Shown here: one piece after another, positions 15,346-26,622 of the stretch
How positions within the stretch are numbered: position 1 is the stretch's first letter
How the letters are laid out: each line of letters opens with the position of its first letter
Assembly: GCA_030390025.1 (NCBI GenBank)
Contig: CM059432.1
Coordinates: 109,308,001 to 109,372,000 of the forward strand
Source of the DNA: Squalus acanthias
Lineage: Eukaryota
Direction of reading: 5' to 3'
Length of the DNA stretch: 64,000 nt
Made by a program: the position numbers and the translations under genes
Notes under the pieces: model-generated
The model's database searches: none
What the model saw: the letters and a program-made list of their open reading frames with translations, nothing else
What the model was told of the DNA's origin: nothing

Positions 15346-15357
15346 GTCCCCCCCTCC
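15346..15357 (-). promoter_or_regulatory. Polypurine tract
   Basis: Minus strand GGAGGGGGGGAC immediately before the 3' LTR start TGAAGGATCC. Confidence 0.9.
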
Positions 15358-15707
15358 AATCCCCCGGAAAGGACCCTTGAAGGGGGTTGGAGAGTGTGCT
15401 CTCTACGCTAAATAGTGTGATAAGCTAGTGAGTGTATAATATGTCAGAAACGTATATAGGTTTTCCCGGATCAAATAGCACGAATGATGAAGGTTTTTCC
15501 TGTAACCACCCCCCCCAATTTGTTCTATACTCCCCCCCCCCCCCACCCCCCCCAGGCCTTTGGCTATTCCAGGTAGGCCGCACATTTGTTGCATATGGTC
15601 TGGTGTGAATCCTGTCGGGGTGGCCACCCGTCTAGGCACCAGGTATGCATCAGATGAGTAAAGCTAATTTAGGCATTCCCTGATTCATTATACAATTGCT
15701 TCATTAT

Positions 15708-16600
15708 TCATACACCTGATTTTTCCAACAAGTTGTTAAAGTCATCATCTGAAACGCTTGGGGTAGGAGCAGTATTAGCATAAACAGTTTTAACCACTTG
15801 CTTTGCAATTTGTTTCGCCCGAGTCCGTTTACATTTCCTGCATGTCTTACATAACAAGGTCAGGACAATTACTAACTGCACCACGACTAATACATGTGAA
15901 ATGAGTCGGATCCATGGATGGATGTGTGTCTTTAGTCCCCAGTCCCAAATGTCATCCACCCATGTGGTCACCTTTCACCATCATTAAATTCAATTCACTG
16001 TTCCGGTTTTCCAATTCTGCCCCGCCTGGGGTATCCTCTGTTTCTTCTATCTTTCCTGATGTTACCCCGCCTGGGGTCTCCTCTACGTTGCTTCGGATCT
16101 TCTCTTTCGGTGTGCTCAATTAATTTGTTAGTGCTGGTTAGTCATAGGCATGAGTACCCAATTGGCTTATGTATCTTACTACAGAGGTTACATATCTCAA
16201 ATACACTATCATTACAAGTTGGAGAACTACCAGAGCGTGTGAAATAATACAAATCTAAGGGTGTGCTGATATATTAAGCCCAATATCCCACCAGTGTGAG
16301 TTGTCCTCTATGCTGTCAATTTCAATATCTATTCTCGAGTTATCTTCCTTCAAAACATAAAAATGCTTTAGGGAGGAGTTCAGTCGCATCATGAGCTCAC
16401 TGATACCCTTAGACAACAGGGGAATGTAGTATCCGAATTGTGCCACATAATTGTGCAGCTCATACTTAAAAACATGTTGGTTGATAGGACAGGTCCTGTT
16501 AGACCCATAAAGCATGGTAGTTGCAGTAGTAGTGACACAGGAGGCACCACCAAAATCACCTCATACTGGATTCGTACTGGTTTTCCCCACGCTCTGTTAC
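15708..16600 (-). pseudogene. env: env-like remnant: C-terminal ectodomain, heptad-like segment and two tandem transmembrane anchors
   Basis: CVTTTATTMLYGSNRTCP...SELMMRLNSSLKHFYVLKEDNSRIDIEIDSIEDNSHWWDIGLNISAHP*ICIISHALVVLQLVMIVY, then WDWGLKTHIHPWIRLISHVLVVVQLVIVLTLLCK; lies just before the PPT. Confidence 0.7.
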
Positions 16601-18069
16601 CTACAAAACACAATCATTACAGTCACAGTTAAATTCAGTCTTACAATCATTTCAAGCAACATTACAGTTTAACATCTAATCAACAAATCATGGATTTAAA
16701 AGATTTTCCAGATCTCTCCTTTACTCGTATCCATCTTGTGGATAATTCTTGCTAAACATGATTTCTCCTAAGCCCTCAATTGTCCCAATCCAGATTCCAG
16801 GTAACTCTCCACTTCAACTTCAATTTTCAATCTCTCTAACAGGTACCAGTGTGTTTAACTCTATTCTGTTTCATTAATTAGATAGTTTCTCAATGGAGTA
16901 TGTGTCAATGCTTTAAAAGTTGTCTCGCTCTCCTGAGCCACATTAACCATTTCATGTCTTGCTGTTGTCAAGTAACTGAGCATGTCTGAGACCCGTTCTT
17001 CAGTGCAAATTCAACATACATTTGCGGATGGTAATTGCTTCATACGTAACAAATCACATTTGCACACTCATATCGGTATCTCAATATCATGCCACATGTG
17101 CCTTTCTCGGGCTTTCAGGTATCTTATCAAAAGGTTGTCTGGAGGTCTTTGTTCATCTTCCTCTGCATGGTCCCGATGTCTTGGATAGTGGCCGGACTAT
17201 CAAATTCAGTTTTCTTAAAAAGGTTCATTAGAGGCAGGGACACAAATGTCTCCAAGAGAAAGCTATCAATTTACTATTCTTAGCTACTCTTTCCTGACTT
17301 TCACTCGAAAGTTTTGAAAATTCCCATTCAGTCGTGTAATTCTCCTGTTTCAATCTTACACCTTCAATCACTTCCCTTTAATTACCATTCATATCTCATT
17401 CATGAGCCCTGGAGAAACTTTACTGTCCAGTAAAATATTTAAGATTGAAAACATAGATCAAACATTCTCACTTGGTCCAAGTTATTAACGTTTTTTTATT
17501 TGTCATTATTTTAGAGGATCTTTTATTTTCCCAAAAGTAACCCAATATATAGTGCCTGAGTCCATTTTGTCATTTCAAAATTATCCTGAAATCCAAACAG
17601 CAGTACTGTTGAACTGACAGGTTTTGTCAATGTTCAATTTCATTTCTATCAATTTATCTTATCAATTCCAATTTCAGAAACAAATGATTTCCAGGCTAGG
17701 TGACTTACACAGTGTTTTAACATTAGAGACAGAAGTGCTGCAATTAGTTTACAAGGTAACTTCCATATAACAAAAGAAAGAAGAGAATCCATTGTGACTC
17801 TGCTTAAAGCCCAAGGGGTTAATTTATCAAATCATAATTTTCCTTCTTGGAAATGTTAAATTAAAATTAAGAAACTTAAATTTAATAATGTCCAATATCT
17901 TTAAATGCTCGGTGAACTTAAACAGCGGTCAGTGGAAAGGGTTAACTCCTTTGCAGGTCTTTAAGAAGGTGGAGCGAAACATTGTCAGGCGCACGCAATT
18001 GCGTCACTTTATGTAAATTAAAAAAAAACTTTCCCGATCCAAAAAAACAGTTGTGTTTTCATACTTTAA

Positions 18070-18327
18070 CTAAGCACGAACAGAACAGATAAAACAAAAC
18101 AAAATAGCACATTCTTGCAGAAAAGAGTAAATTACGTCATATTTCTTATTGTCCTTTCTTCCTGTGATTTTACTGGTACAGACCCCCTTGTGTGTTTTGT
18201 GTGGACCAGTGGTCATCTCACAGAAAAAGGGGGCTCCCGGCCAGTCAACGCAGAACCCCAGCACCGTGGTAGGTGTTGTTTGTTCCCCGAACAGTAACCC
18301 TATCATTCCCATGATAAGCCACCCCAT
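18070..18327 (-). pseudogene. Short ORF with signal-peptide-like N-terminus (possible env 5' end or accessory protein)
   Basis: MGWLIMGMIGLLFGEQ followed by a Cys-containing segment; directly follows the accessory ORF. Confidence 0.4.
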
Positions 18328-18334
18328 CGTTATC

Positions 18335-18955
18335 CTATATCACCGCTAGGCATAAAGAGTCCAGCTCGTTTAACAGTCTCAGCACTGGCTTGTGGTAACT
18401 AGCAGGCTCTCTCTCTGTCTCTCTCTGCCTGTCTCTGGCCCCCCTTGTGGTCTGTCCTGCTACTAGCCGTGTGCGCAAGACTCGGAGAGGGGTTAAGGCT
18501 ACTTCATACGTGGCATTGAGGCGGAGGCAGTGGCCTTGTGACAGTGGCTCAATGTAACTTATCTGGCTTAACGTAATTCGGTGAGGGTTAGGAGCCATCA
18601 GACGGGAATGTGTGAAGATAGGTTGCACGGTCCTCCTTCAGAGGTAGGAGGGCCTATAAAAGGGAGTGGATATCCCCTGGGGAAGGTCCTCCAGTCCCGA
18701 CACCAGCGGTTCCCAAAGAGCAGCTGTGTCTCGGAACCGGTCTATCTCCTCTGCGCGGGGTAAGGTGAATAAAAGATTCTGAGTTCTGTTGGGATGTAGA
18801 GCGAGGGGTCCGGTAGTCCAACCACAAAAGGGAGATAATCGGAACTCTAGAGTCAAGGGGTGAGTCCCGGGGAAGGTTAGAGTCGTATAGTAATGAGAGT
18901 TCGCAGGATCCCATCCCCGGAAGTGATGGCAGTACTGAGGTCGGGCCCGATCATC
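18335..18955 (-). pseudogene. Putative spliced accessory ORF (~205 codons, one in-frame TGA at 18638-40)
   Basis: ORFs 18638-18856 and 18335-18628 share a frame that stays open back to the acceptor TCTCTTTCTTACAG at ~18955. Confidence 0.5.
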
Positions 18956-19060
18956 TGTAAGAAAGAGACAGGTAAAATAGCGACCCGAAGAATCGACTTA
19001 GCCCTTCGAAATCCGGTCCTGATCAAATATAGGGGAGAAAAGACAGGTCAATACTTGTTA

Positions 19061-19875
19061 TTATTTCCTTTTAATCATAGGGTCCCCAAGAGATGGGGAA
19101 ATCTCTTCCCTGTGCCCCATCAACGGCTTGGTCTGGCTCCAGTGTCTCCATCTTACATCCAATTTTTTTTTCCTGTAGGCAAACGGAGGTTCCTGTAGAC
19201 AAACACATGTATCAATTGTCATTAATACAGTATATGGCCCCATCCACCGAGGTTCCATTCCCTTTCTTCCATTAACTTGCGTCATTACCTGTTGGCCAAT
19301 TTTGGGCAACTCCTCTGGTTTAAGTCCAGTATTTTGTCTCTCCAGATCTTTAATCTGTTGCTGTTTCCTTATTTCTGTATTTAGTGCTTGTACCTCCTGG
19401 TTTAGTTGTACTAAATATCGTCTTAGCCTATCTTGTACTGGTCCTGGTTCTCCCACCCCTCCAGCCAGATCCTCTGGCAGTCTCATAGCTCGTCCTGTCA
19501 TTAATTCATAAGGGGTCAGTCTGGCCGTGTGTCCTGGGGTGGCTCGCAGCCTCATTAATATGCTGGGTAGTAATTCTGACCATCCCTTCCCTGTTTCTTG
19601 GATGGCTTTTGTCAGCGTGTTTTTCAGTGTCCTATTCATTCTTTCTACCATCCCCGAGCTCTGGGGATGATATGGTATGTGGTATTTTTGTGTTACATTT
19701 AACAGCTTACAAGTTTCCATCATTATTTTTTTTTAAATGCATACCATTATCAGAGTCAATTTGGAGTGGGACTCCCCATTTGTGCTACTGTCCTTGCTGA
19801 GCAGTCTCGGGTGGCAAATGCTTCCACCCATCTGGTAAATTGGTCAATTATTACCAGGCAATATTTCTTCCCCCT
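19061..19875 (-). pseudogene. pol: Retroviral integrase remnant
   Basis: KKYCLVIIDQFTRWVEAF, IDSDNG, YHPQSSGMVERMNRTLK, TPYELMTGR, WMGPY. Confidence 0.92.
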
Positions 19876-19879
19876 TTAA

Positions 19880-20388
19880 CTAACCGTTGAATCGTCTGCT
19901 TTCCCTGCAAAGTCTGATATAAAATTCCTGCAGTAGTTAAATAGTCCCAACACTTTCCTCACTCCCCGGACAGTCACTGACCTTGGCATGTCTTTTATGG
20001 CTGCCTTTTGTTCCTGCAGGAGTGCCTTATACCCCTGGTTAATTTCGTGTCCTAGATACTTTACTTTGGACAGTCCAACCTGTTCCTTTTTGGGTTCAAT
20101 TTAAAGCCAGCTTTCTTAAGTGTCTGGAGGGTGGCTAGTAATGCTCCCATGTGTCCTTTGGCATCCTCTGATGCAATCATTATGTCATCGACATATTGGA
20201 GTAGGGCACTCTGATACTTTGATAGGTCTAACTCATCTAAGGCTTGACTCAGTACATGGTGGAATATATTTGGACCATTGTGGAACCCCTGCAGGACCCT
20301 GGTCCATGTATACTGTCTATCCCTGACAGTAAAGGCGAATTTCCCTTGTGATTCCTCTGCCAATGGTATGGACCAGAACCCATTCTGT
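19880..20388 (-). pseudogene. pol: Reverse transcriptase remnant; RNase H deleted
   Basis: NGFWSIPLAEESQGKFAFT, QYTWTRVLQGFHNGP, LLQYVDD; joins directly to the integrase core. Confidence 0.92.
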
Positions 20389-21067
20389 ATCCAAGACTGT
20401 AAATATTTTAAAGTCTGGTTTCAAACCATTAAATATCTTATTCAATGCGGTCTACACAAATTTACACCAACCAGAATTTCACCGTGCACAATAAAAGTCT
20501 GGTTTTAATAGGTTAATTAACCTCAATAACTCCAATTCAATCCAGATCAACCTTTTTTTTTAAACTAACCAGTATTACTTGGAAAAGAAAGAAACCATAG
20601 CCACATTAACAAAGAAACAATTATCCATGCCTTGTAAACATTCAAATTCATTTTCTTCCAGGCACATTGGCAACTGTGACTTCAAGGCTGAAGCTTATCT
20701 TTTGTAAAACAATTAACAAACTTAAAACAACACATGCTTGTCCATCCTTCAAGACAAGTCTTCAAAGGGTTAAACAGCTTTTAGCTCTCTGTACAAAAGA
20801 GTGGGTGGAGCTAAAACAAAAATGTCAGACTTTTTTTTTACAGACTTTCAGACAAAATAAATACTGTAACTTCTTAAACATTCACAGTCAGGAAAACTTT
20901 CAATCTTTTAATTCACACTTTCACACAAACTGAGATCTCAGCATTCCTTTTCCTTTCAAGATTCTTTTCACTCAGCAAATCCTGGATTTTACTTGTTTTA
21001 TTTGTCTTGGCACAGACATTAATAACTTCATGTCGATAAACCTTTAAATTGCTCTTTTTTTTCCTTT

Positions 21068-21540
21068 TTACATAGGCGTCTCAGCAGCTTTTCCTGCTCC
21101 AGACTGAAGCGGTACGGTGGGGTAGATACGAGTGTATTCGGGGGGGCACGTGGGTTGGGTGGCCTCAACTCGTTGAACCTCTACGGTCCCCGATGGGGGC
21201 TGGTGATCGAAGGTCGGTGTGTCTCGAGTCTCTTTTTGTAGAGCCTCGACAATGTCACCCCAGTTTTTTAAGTCGTCTAGATTCTCAGTCCCCGGTGACT
21301 TGAGGTGCAGGAGATTACTGACTTGGACTTTAGCCTCCTGCACGGGTCTCAAGAATCCTTGTAACGGGGCCGGTCTCCCCCCCTTATCCACGATTATAGG
21401 TCCCATCTGATCCATCCAACTAGTACACAAAACTGCCCCGTACTTGGCTTGTTTCTTTCCACCCCTTTTTAACCATTTCACTTTGAAGTTTCAAATTAGC
21501 CTCTCGGACCTGTTGAAAGACAGTGACACTGGTGGCCATA
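21068..21540 (-). pseudogene. gag: gag N-terminal remnant
   Basis: First ORF after the leader; basic N-terminus and PPEY / YPTV late-domain-like motifs. Confidence 0.65.
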
Positions 21541-21646
21541 GCCGGAACGTCCGGTGAAAGAGGTCTCCTCTCATCACCCATGTGATCCGTATTAATAGTT
21601 ACCTATATTCTTATACTCTATCTTATACTTTAATCGGCACAAACGA

Positions 21647-21960
21647 ATCACCTTACACACTAAATCAGAAATATACAATTATCACCTTACACTCTAAATC
21701 AGAAATATACACTTATCACCTTACGCTCTAAATCAGAAATATACACTTATGTCTAATCAATTCCGTCAGTCCGCGGTCTCCATGAGGAATAATTTAATTT
21801 GTGGGTACTTTTATACTGACTGAACCATACACGGTTTTAGCCCCACCGGTGACGAGCGAGTCCTTGTTCCTCCTAGAAGCCTTACTCTGGCTTTCCCCTT
21901 AGGACACGACAAGGTCCCGTGTTCCTCCTAGAAGCCTTACTCTGACTTTCCCTTAGGACA
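21647..21960. repeat. Leader tandem repeats: 3 x 34 bp (21647-21750) and 2 x ~55 bp (21865-21960)
   Basis: ATCACCTTACACTCTAAATCAGAAATATACACTT three times; GTTCCTCCTAGAAGCCTTACTCTG twice. Confidence 0.9.
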
Positions 21961-22012
21961 CAACACGGTTCTCGCCTTAACCGTCACTTCCGGTGTCTTT
22001 AACTCCTATGGT

Positions 22013-22021
22013 CCTTACCTG
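22013..22021 (-). promoter_or_regulatory. Probable major splice donor
   Basis: CAG|GTAAGG just downstream of the PBS. Confidence 0.6.
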
Positions 22022-22025
22022 CAGT

Positions 22026-22043
22026 ATCCCACTTCTGACACCA
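22026..22043 (-). promoter_or_regulatory. Primer binding site, tRNA-Leu (CAA/CAG)
   Basis: TGGTGTCAGAAGTGGGAT, 2 nt after the 5' LTR; complementary to the vertebrate tRNA-Leu 3' end ATCCCACTTCTGACACCA. Confidence 0.9.
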
Positions 22044-22045
22044 AC

Positions 22046-22738
22046 TGTTAGATTCGAATTTGGAGAAACCTCAGACGGAGACGGAATTGAGGACAAGTTT
22101 AGAATTTATTAAAACAAACAAAAGACTTGTGCACAAGGGAGAGCCACTCAGCTTCATCAAGCTAGGGGTGCACTCTCTAAGGGACAAGTAACGGTTCATT
22201 CAAGTTATACACTTCTATAAGCACCGCCCACTTACTACAGAATGGGGGCGTACACGTACAAACAGCGTCACTACAGTTACTCTTTATTGGTTATATGGTT
22301 AGTCACTCAATTGTCTGGCCCTCCCCTTGAACTCGGATACCCTCTGACCATGCCAGTCACAGATGTTGGTTGTCTCATCCTACTCCCCAAATTCTTGCTG
22401 TTATCTCTTCCCCTTTGTAGGCATAGTTTATAGTTTGAGAAAACATATTTTATCCCTAACTGTCGAACAAGCGGGATGGCTCAAGGCCGTAATGGCTTTT
22501 GCGCTCAGTGACTGGAACAGTGTTGGTTGTTAATTGCACCCTTATCTCATGGGAGGCCAGGCTGTGTTTCGACAATGGCTCTACTGAGGCTGTGAATACA
22601 CACACATTCCAAAGTTTGAAAAGGAAAGAGGCCCCTTGCTGTCTGCAAATGTGTTTCAGTCAGCTAAACCTGCATAGTCAAGTATCCCAGAATTCTTTGG
22701 GAACAAGCTGGATCCTTCAGTACAAGCTGGATCCTTCA
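22046..22738 (-). repeat. 5' LTR of provirus (693 bp)
   Basis: Direct repeat of 14622-15345; minus-strand CCAAT (~22287), GC box (~22225) and AATAAA (22105-10). Confidence 0.95.
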
Positions 22739-23735
22739 TCCCCCATGGGTTACCCGCTGGTCGGGGAACACGTCAGCTCAGCATGTCGTGAGTGGATTCA
22801 GCATTGAATTATCTCATGACCTGACAGCTGCCAAAGTTGTATAAAAGATCCCATGTTACAGCTGTTCACTTTCAAAGCTCAGAAACTGTTGGTTACTGCA
22901 TTTGGAAGACATATTGAGCTTTCTGCAGCTTGCAAGTGTTTGAAGCCAACTCTCTATCTAGTGCCACCTCATTGGAACAACCTCTCTCACCATTGACAGA
23001 TCGCTTCTTTCATCTCAACCTCACCTGCCATCTATTCCATCAGCATCGTTGCCCTTGAAAATATCTCACCTTGGTCCTCAGAATCCCACCAAGATCAGCC
23101 TCAACACCAGCAGCAACAACAACAACACCAGCCTTCTCCACAATCAACTGATGCTGCACAGGACACAGGGCATCAGCACCCAACTACATTGCTCCCCGGA
23201 ACGCCAGGGATGGCCTCACCATGGCCAGATTTATTTCACTTGACGCTGTACACCCTGGATGCCACATGATGCGCCAAGTTGGCACCACCCCACACCAACA
23301 CCATAAAGCATCCCTACAATGCCCAAGCCATTCCTTTCACACTCATCACCACTGCGGGGGGTACCGTTATGTCTCACCATTCACTACAACTCACTAAGCC
23401 ACTTCCAAAGGTGTACACAAATCTATCCAAGAACTCAAAGTGCTGAAAATGTTTGACAGCACATTACCAGAAACTTCACATGAACATTGGCTAAACCACC
23501 CAAGTGCCAACCCTTGTGTGTTGTTAGTTGGTATGCTTGCAGTAGGATGAGGGTAAGTGTGAGCCATGGCTAGTGAAATTTGGAAGTGATAATGTAGATA
23601 GAGAGGGATGGGAGGAGGTGCAAGGTAAGTTGGTGTGAGTAAGGATGTGCAGGAGTAGGGTAGGGATGACAGAGTGATGGGGATGTGATAAGTGGCACAG
23701 CAGGATGAGGTTGAGTGTGGCTTGGCAGTAACGTT

Positions 23736-23960
23736 TCATGATCTACTGAGATCATTGAAAGGTTTGCGCCACTGCAGCCTGGTCCTCCTAACAACATCCC
23801 TGCTTGTGCCCTCCTGTGCAATGTGCAACCAGGCTGCGTAGGTCTCCTGGGGAGGTCTCTTCCGCCCATGGGAAGGGAAGAGAACCTCCCTGCGTGCTGT
23901 GACTCCCTCCATAAGCATATGGAGGGAGTCATGGGAGAGCCTGGGTGCAGCCGTGCACCT
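23736..23960 (-). pseudogene. Harbinger Myb/SANT-like first-exon remnant
   Basis: APRLSHDSLHMLMEGVTARREVLFPSHGRK...WLHIA...RTRLQWRKPFNDL parallels exon 1 at 60110-60346. Confidence 0.8.
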
Positions 23961-24248
23961 TTGTGCAGTGCTTGTCAGTGTTTGCAGCACCTCAATGCTG
24001 TAGAATACTGACAGAAGAACTGTCAAAATCAATTTGGACATGGCCCCTTTAAGGAAACCGGCTGATGACGGAAATGACGTCATCAGACCCGCTTCCTTTT
24101 AATTGGCCAGGAGCCTCGCAGGGTGGACTTAACAAACCCTATTAACGTAAAATCACTTGGAGAGTGCGGGCTGCAGTAGGCAGTGGGCTGGGACCGCGAC
24201 ACCGACCCCGGTCGCCCCGGACCCGCCTCGGTCGGCGAAATCGCAGCC

Positions 24249-24340
24249 TACACTTCAAAAAAGTACTTCATTGGTGTAAAATACTTTGGGATGCCCTAAG
24301 GTTGTGAAAGGCACTATATAAATGCAAGATCTTTCTTTCA
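24249..24340 (+). mobile_element. Deu-SINE 3' part
   Basis: TACACTTCAAAAAAGTACTTCATTGG...GGCACTATATAAATGCAAG continues 14073-14373. Confidence 0.8.
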
Positions 24341-26117
24341 TGTCTAACGAGGCTCTACAGTGGGAGCAAAACTTCGCAAAGTTTACCTTCATGAGTTTGC
24401 AATCCTTATGGTACACCAAAAAGCAAATGAGTATTTTTGACATAAAACAAGAGATGTTCTCAATAAGTATCCACAGTAATGTCCTTCCCCTCAAAAACAC
24501 CTGTGCAAGTCTAAATTAAATGAAACATTAATTTCATTTAGTTATTCACTTGCTTGTGGGCATGCTTGTAAAGGGCTGTTTACATTGATAAACTTTCTTT
24601 TGTATCAATCTGAGCAAATTGCTACCAGAAGTGAGCAAATGACATAGACCTGGACTTTTTGGAGAGTGGAGAGACCTTCTTGATAAACCTGCTCAGAAAC
24701 TCTCTTTACATCCTTTGTATGATGGATAAAGCTGTTGTCCAGTTTTTTTGTTGTTGAAATCATTGATAAACTATATCTGGAACATTGGATGGATGAGAAA
24801 AAATAACAATGTTGATAGGTTGTGGGGGTGAACTGGTTTTGTTTACTAATTCCAGGTGCAGAATTGATTGAAGAACTTTACTAGGCTCAAACATAAACTG
24901 GTTTTAATGAGACCTGCACTCTGATTTTATCTACAATTATTATTACAGTGGAGTTCACTTTAAAGTGTCGCCTGCTGTACTGTTGCTCTCCCTGTAATTC
25001 CATTTCCATTTTAAAGGTGCAGTGGCTCCTCCATATAACAAACTCTGATTATAATCCACCCATTAGATCAAAGCTTTTCCCAGTATAGCCGTACTACAGC
25101 CGTTAGCCACAGTTCAATTCTATTATGTAAAGCAAAAGATAAACACTCGATAAAAAGTCTATTTTGCCAGATCTTACCAGTTTTTAAAATGTTTTGAGTG
25201 TATGTTTGGTGACAGAATTAAATTTGGTCATTTTTTGAGGTTCACGGTTGATATTTAATGGAATTTAAAAGAATAAAATAGCATTGATTTTAGACCATAC
25301 AGAAATGTTTAGCCTATAATTGAAAATCTTCTGCTCCACTCTTACTACTGCATTAATATAATTAATTTATTTTAAAGTTTCATTATTACTCTATGTTGCT
25401 GAATCTATAGTATTTCAATTTGAGAATCCAAAACCTTAAGAAGGTGATTAAATCTGTCCTGCATAAGTCAGTAAAAGGGCCTTTAAAAGCAGAGCCTCTC
25501 ACACAGTGCCACATCCTGTTACAGTGTTGGTGAGGCGGAGCTGCTGCCTCTGTTATATCTCGAATGTTTGGCCGTGCAGTGAGCTGGGAACCGCGCTGTT
25601 CTGAGCATAGTTCCCTCTTTCTGCTCCAATTTCGATTGCTGTGGGGAGAATCCTAGTGCCTTTATAGTGTCTAGAGAGTCAATTGGGCTGTCGGCCCATT
25701 GCAAGCCCCAATCCACCTTCCCACCAAAACGGGTCATTTAAAGCAAAGCGTTTTGTTCTGCTTTTTTTGTTTGAATTTTTTTCCTCCAAATTAAAATAAG
25801 ACATAGTGCCATTCGCTGCGTGACTAACACTTTCTGCGGGTAATGTAGACACACTGTTAACTGGAAGAATTTTGTAAATGCTTATGTTTATACTAATTTT
25901 GGAATAAGAATATTGCTAATTGTTGTAGAGATGTAAAGCTGATGTAAGTTATATGTGAATTGATGAAATTATACTTTTAAGATTAACTCTTACTGGCAAA
26001 TGGTCTTCCTGTAACGTCGCAGGGCCAGTTATAAGTGTCTCTGCCGGTTAATCAATCAGTAGGATCCCACCCTGGCAGAGCATCAGAGTAAGACTCTTCT
26101 TTCTCAACTTTCCTCAG

Positions 26118-26622
26118 ACACACCATCCTGAGAAGCCACTTTTTCCTACCACAGGATGCCCAAGAGAGCTCTATAGCTAGCAGTCTGACAGCCAAACTGA
26201 ACCCTGGCCTTTTGTATCCTGCCAGGTTCGAAAAGCTGGACATCACCCCTAAAAGTGCCCAGAAGATTAAGCCCGTTCTTGAGCGGTGGATGGCTGAGGC
26301 TGAGGCCCGCCACCGAGCAGGAATGCAGAATCTAACTGAATTTATCGGCAGTGAACCCTCCAAAAAGCGCAAGCGGCGGACGTCTTTCACCCCCCAGGCC
26401 CTGGAGATCTTAAATGCCCACTTTGAAAAGAATACGCACCCATCAGGGCAGGAAATGACGGAAATTGCCGAGAAACTGAACTACGATCGGGAGGTGGTTA
26501 GAGTTTGGTTCTGCAACAAGAGACAAGCGCTGAAAAACACAATTAAACGCTTAAAACAACCCGAGCCCTCAACAGGGCTGGCCATGGAACCGCTCACAGA
26601 CTCTTTCGAAGAAGCCTCTTAA
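26118..26622 (+). CDS. POU6F2: POU class 6 homeobox 2 (RPF-1), last coding exon: end of POU-specific domain, linker, homeodomain
   Basis: HTILRSHFFLPQDAQESSIASSLTAKLNPGLLYPARFEKLDITPKSAQKIKPVLERWMAEAEARHRAGMQNLTEFIGSEPSKKRKRRTSF...VRVWFCNKRQ matches the POU6F2 C-terminus; acceptors TCCTCAG|26118 and GCCAG|26226; stop TAA 26620-22. Confidence 0.97.

Larger units (their letters stand above)
14622..22738 (-). mobile_element. Endogenous retrovirus provirus, internally deleted, snakehead-retrovirus/spuma-related
   Basis: Two LTRs with TG..CA ends, TSD TCCC (14618-21, 22739-42), PBS, PPT, and gag/RT/IN/env remnants in retroviral order on the minus strand. Confidence 0.95.
14374..24248. mobile_element. 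Internally deleted PIF/Harbinger element (family B), split by the provirus; own sequence 14374-14621 and 22739-24248
   Basis: Imperfect TIRs GGCTGAATTTTGCCGGC / GTCGGCGAAATCGCAGCC with TACA on both flanks; Myb/SANT remnant at 23736-23960; 23060-23520 aligns by eye to 49720-49850 and 50860-51180. Confidence 0.8.

Noticed and set aside
17930..18145. Foamy-virus-like internal promoter (TGACGCAAT and TTACGTCA motifs)
   Set aside because: Short motifs only, with no clear downstream ORF or TATA; insufficient support.
26212..26622. Standalone 136-aa gene or POU6F1
   Set aside because: Start is a TTG inside an exon; the sequence matches POU6F2 and upstream exons were not found in the window.
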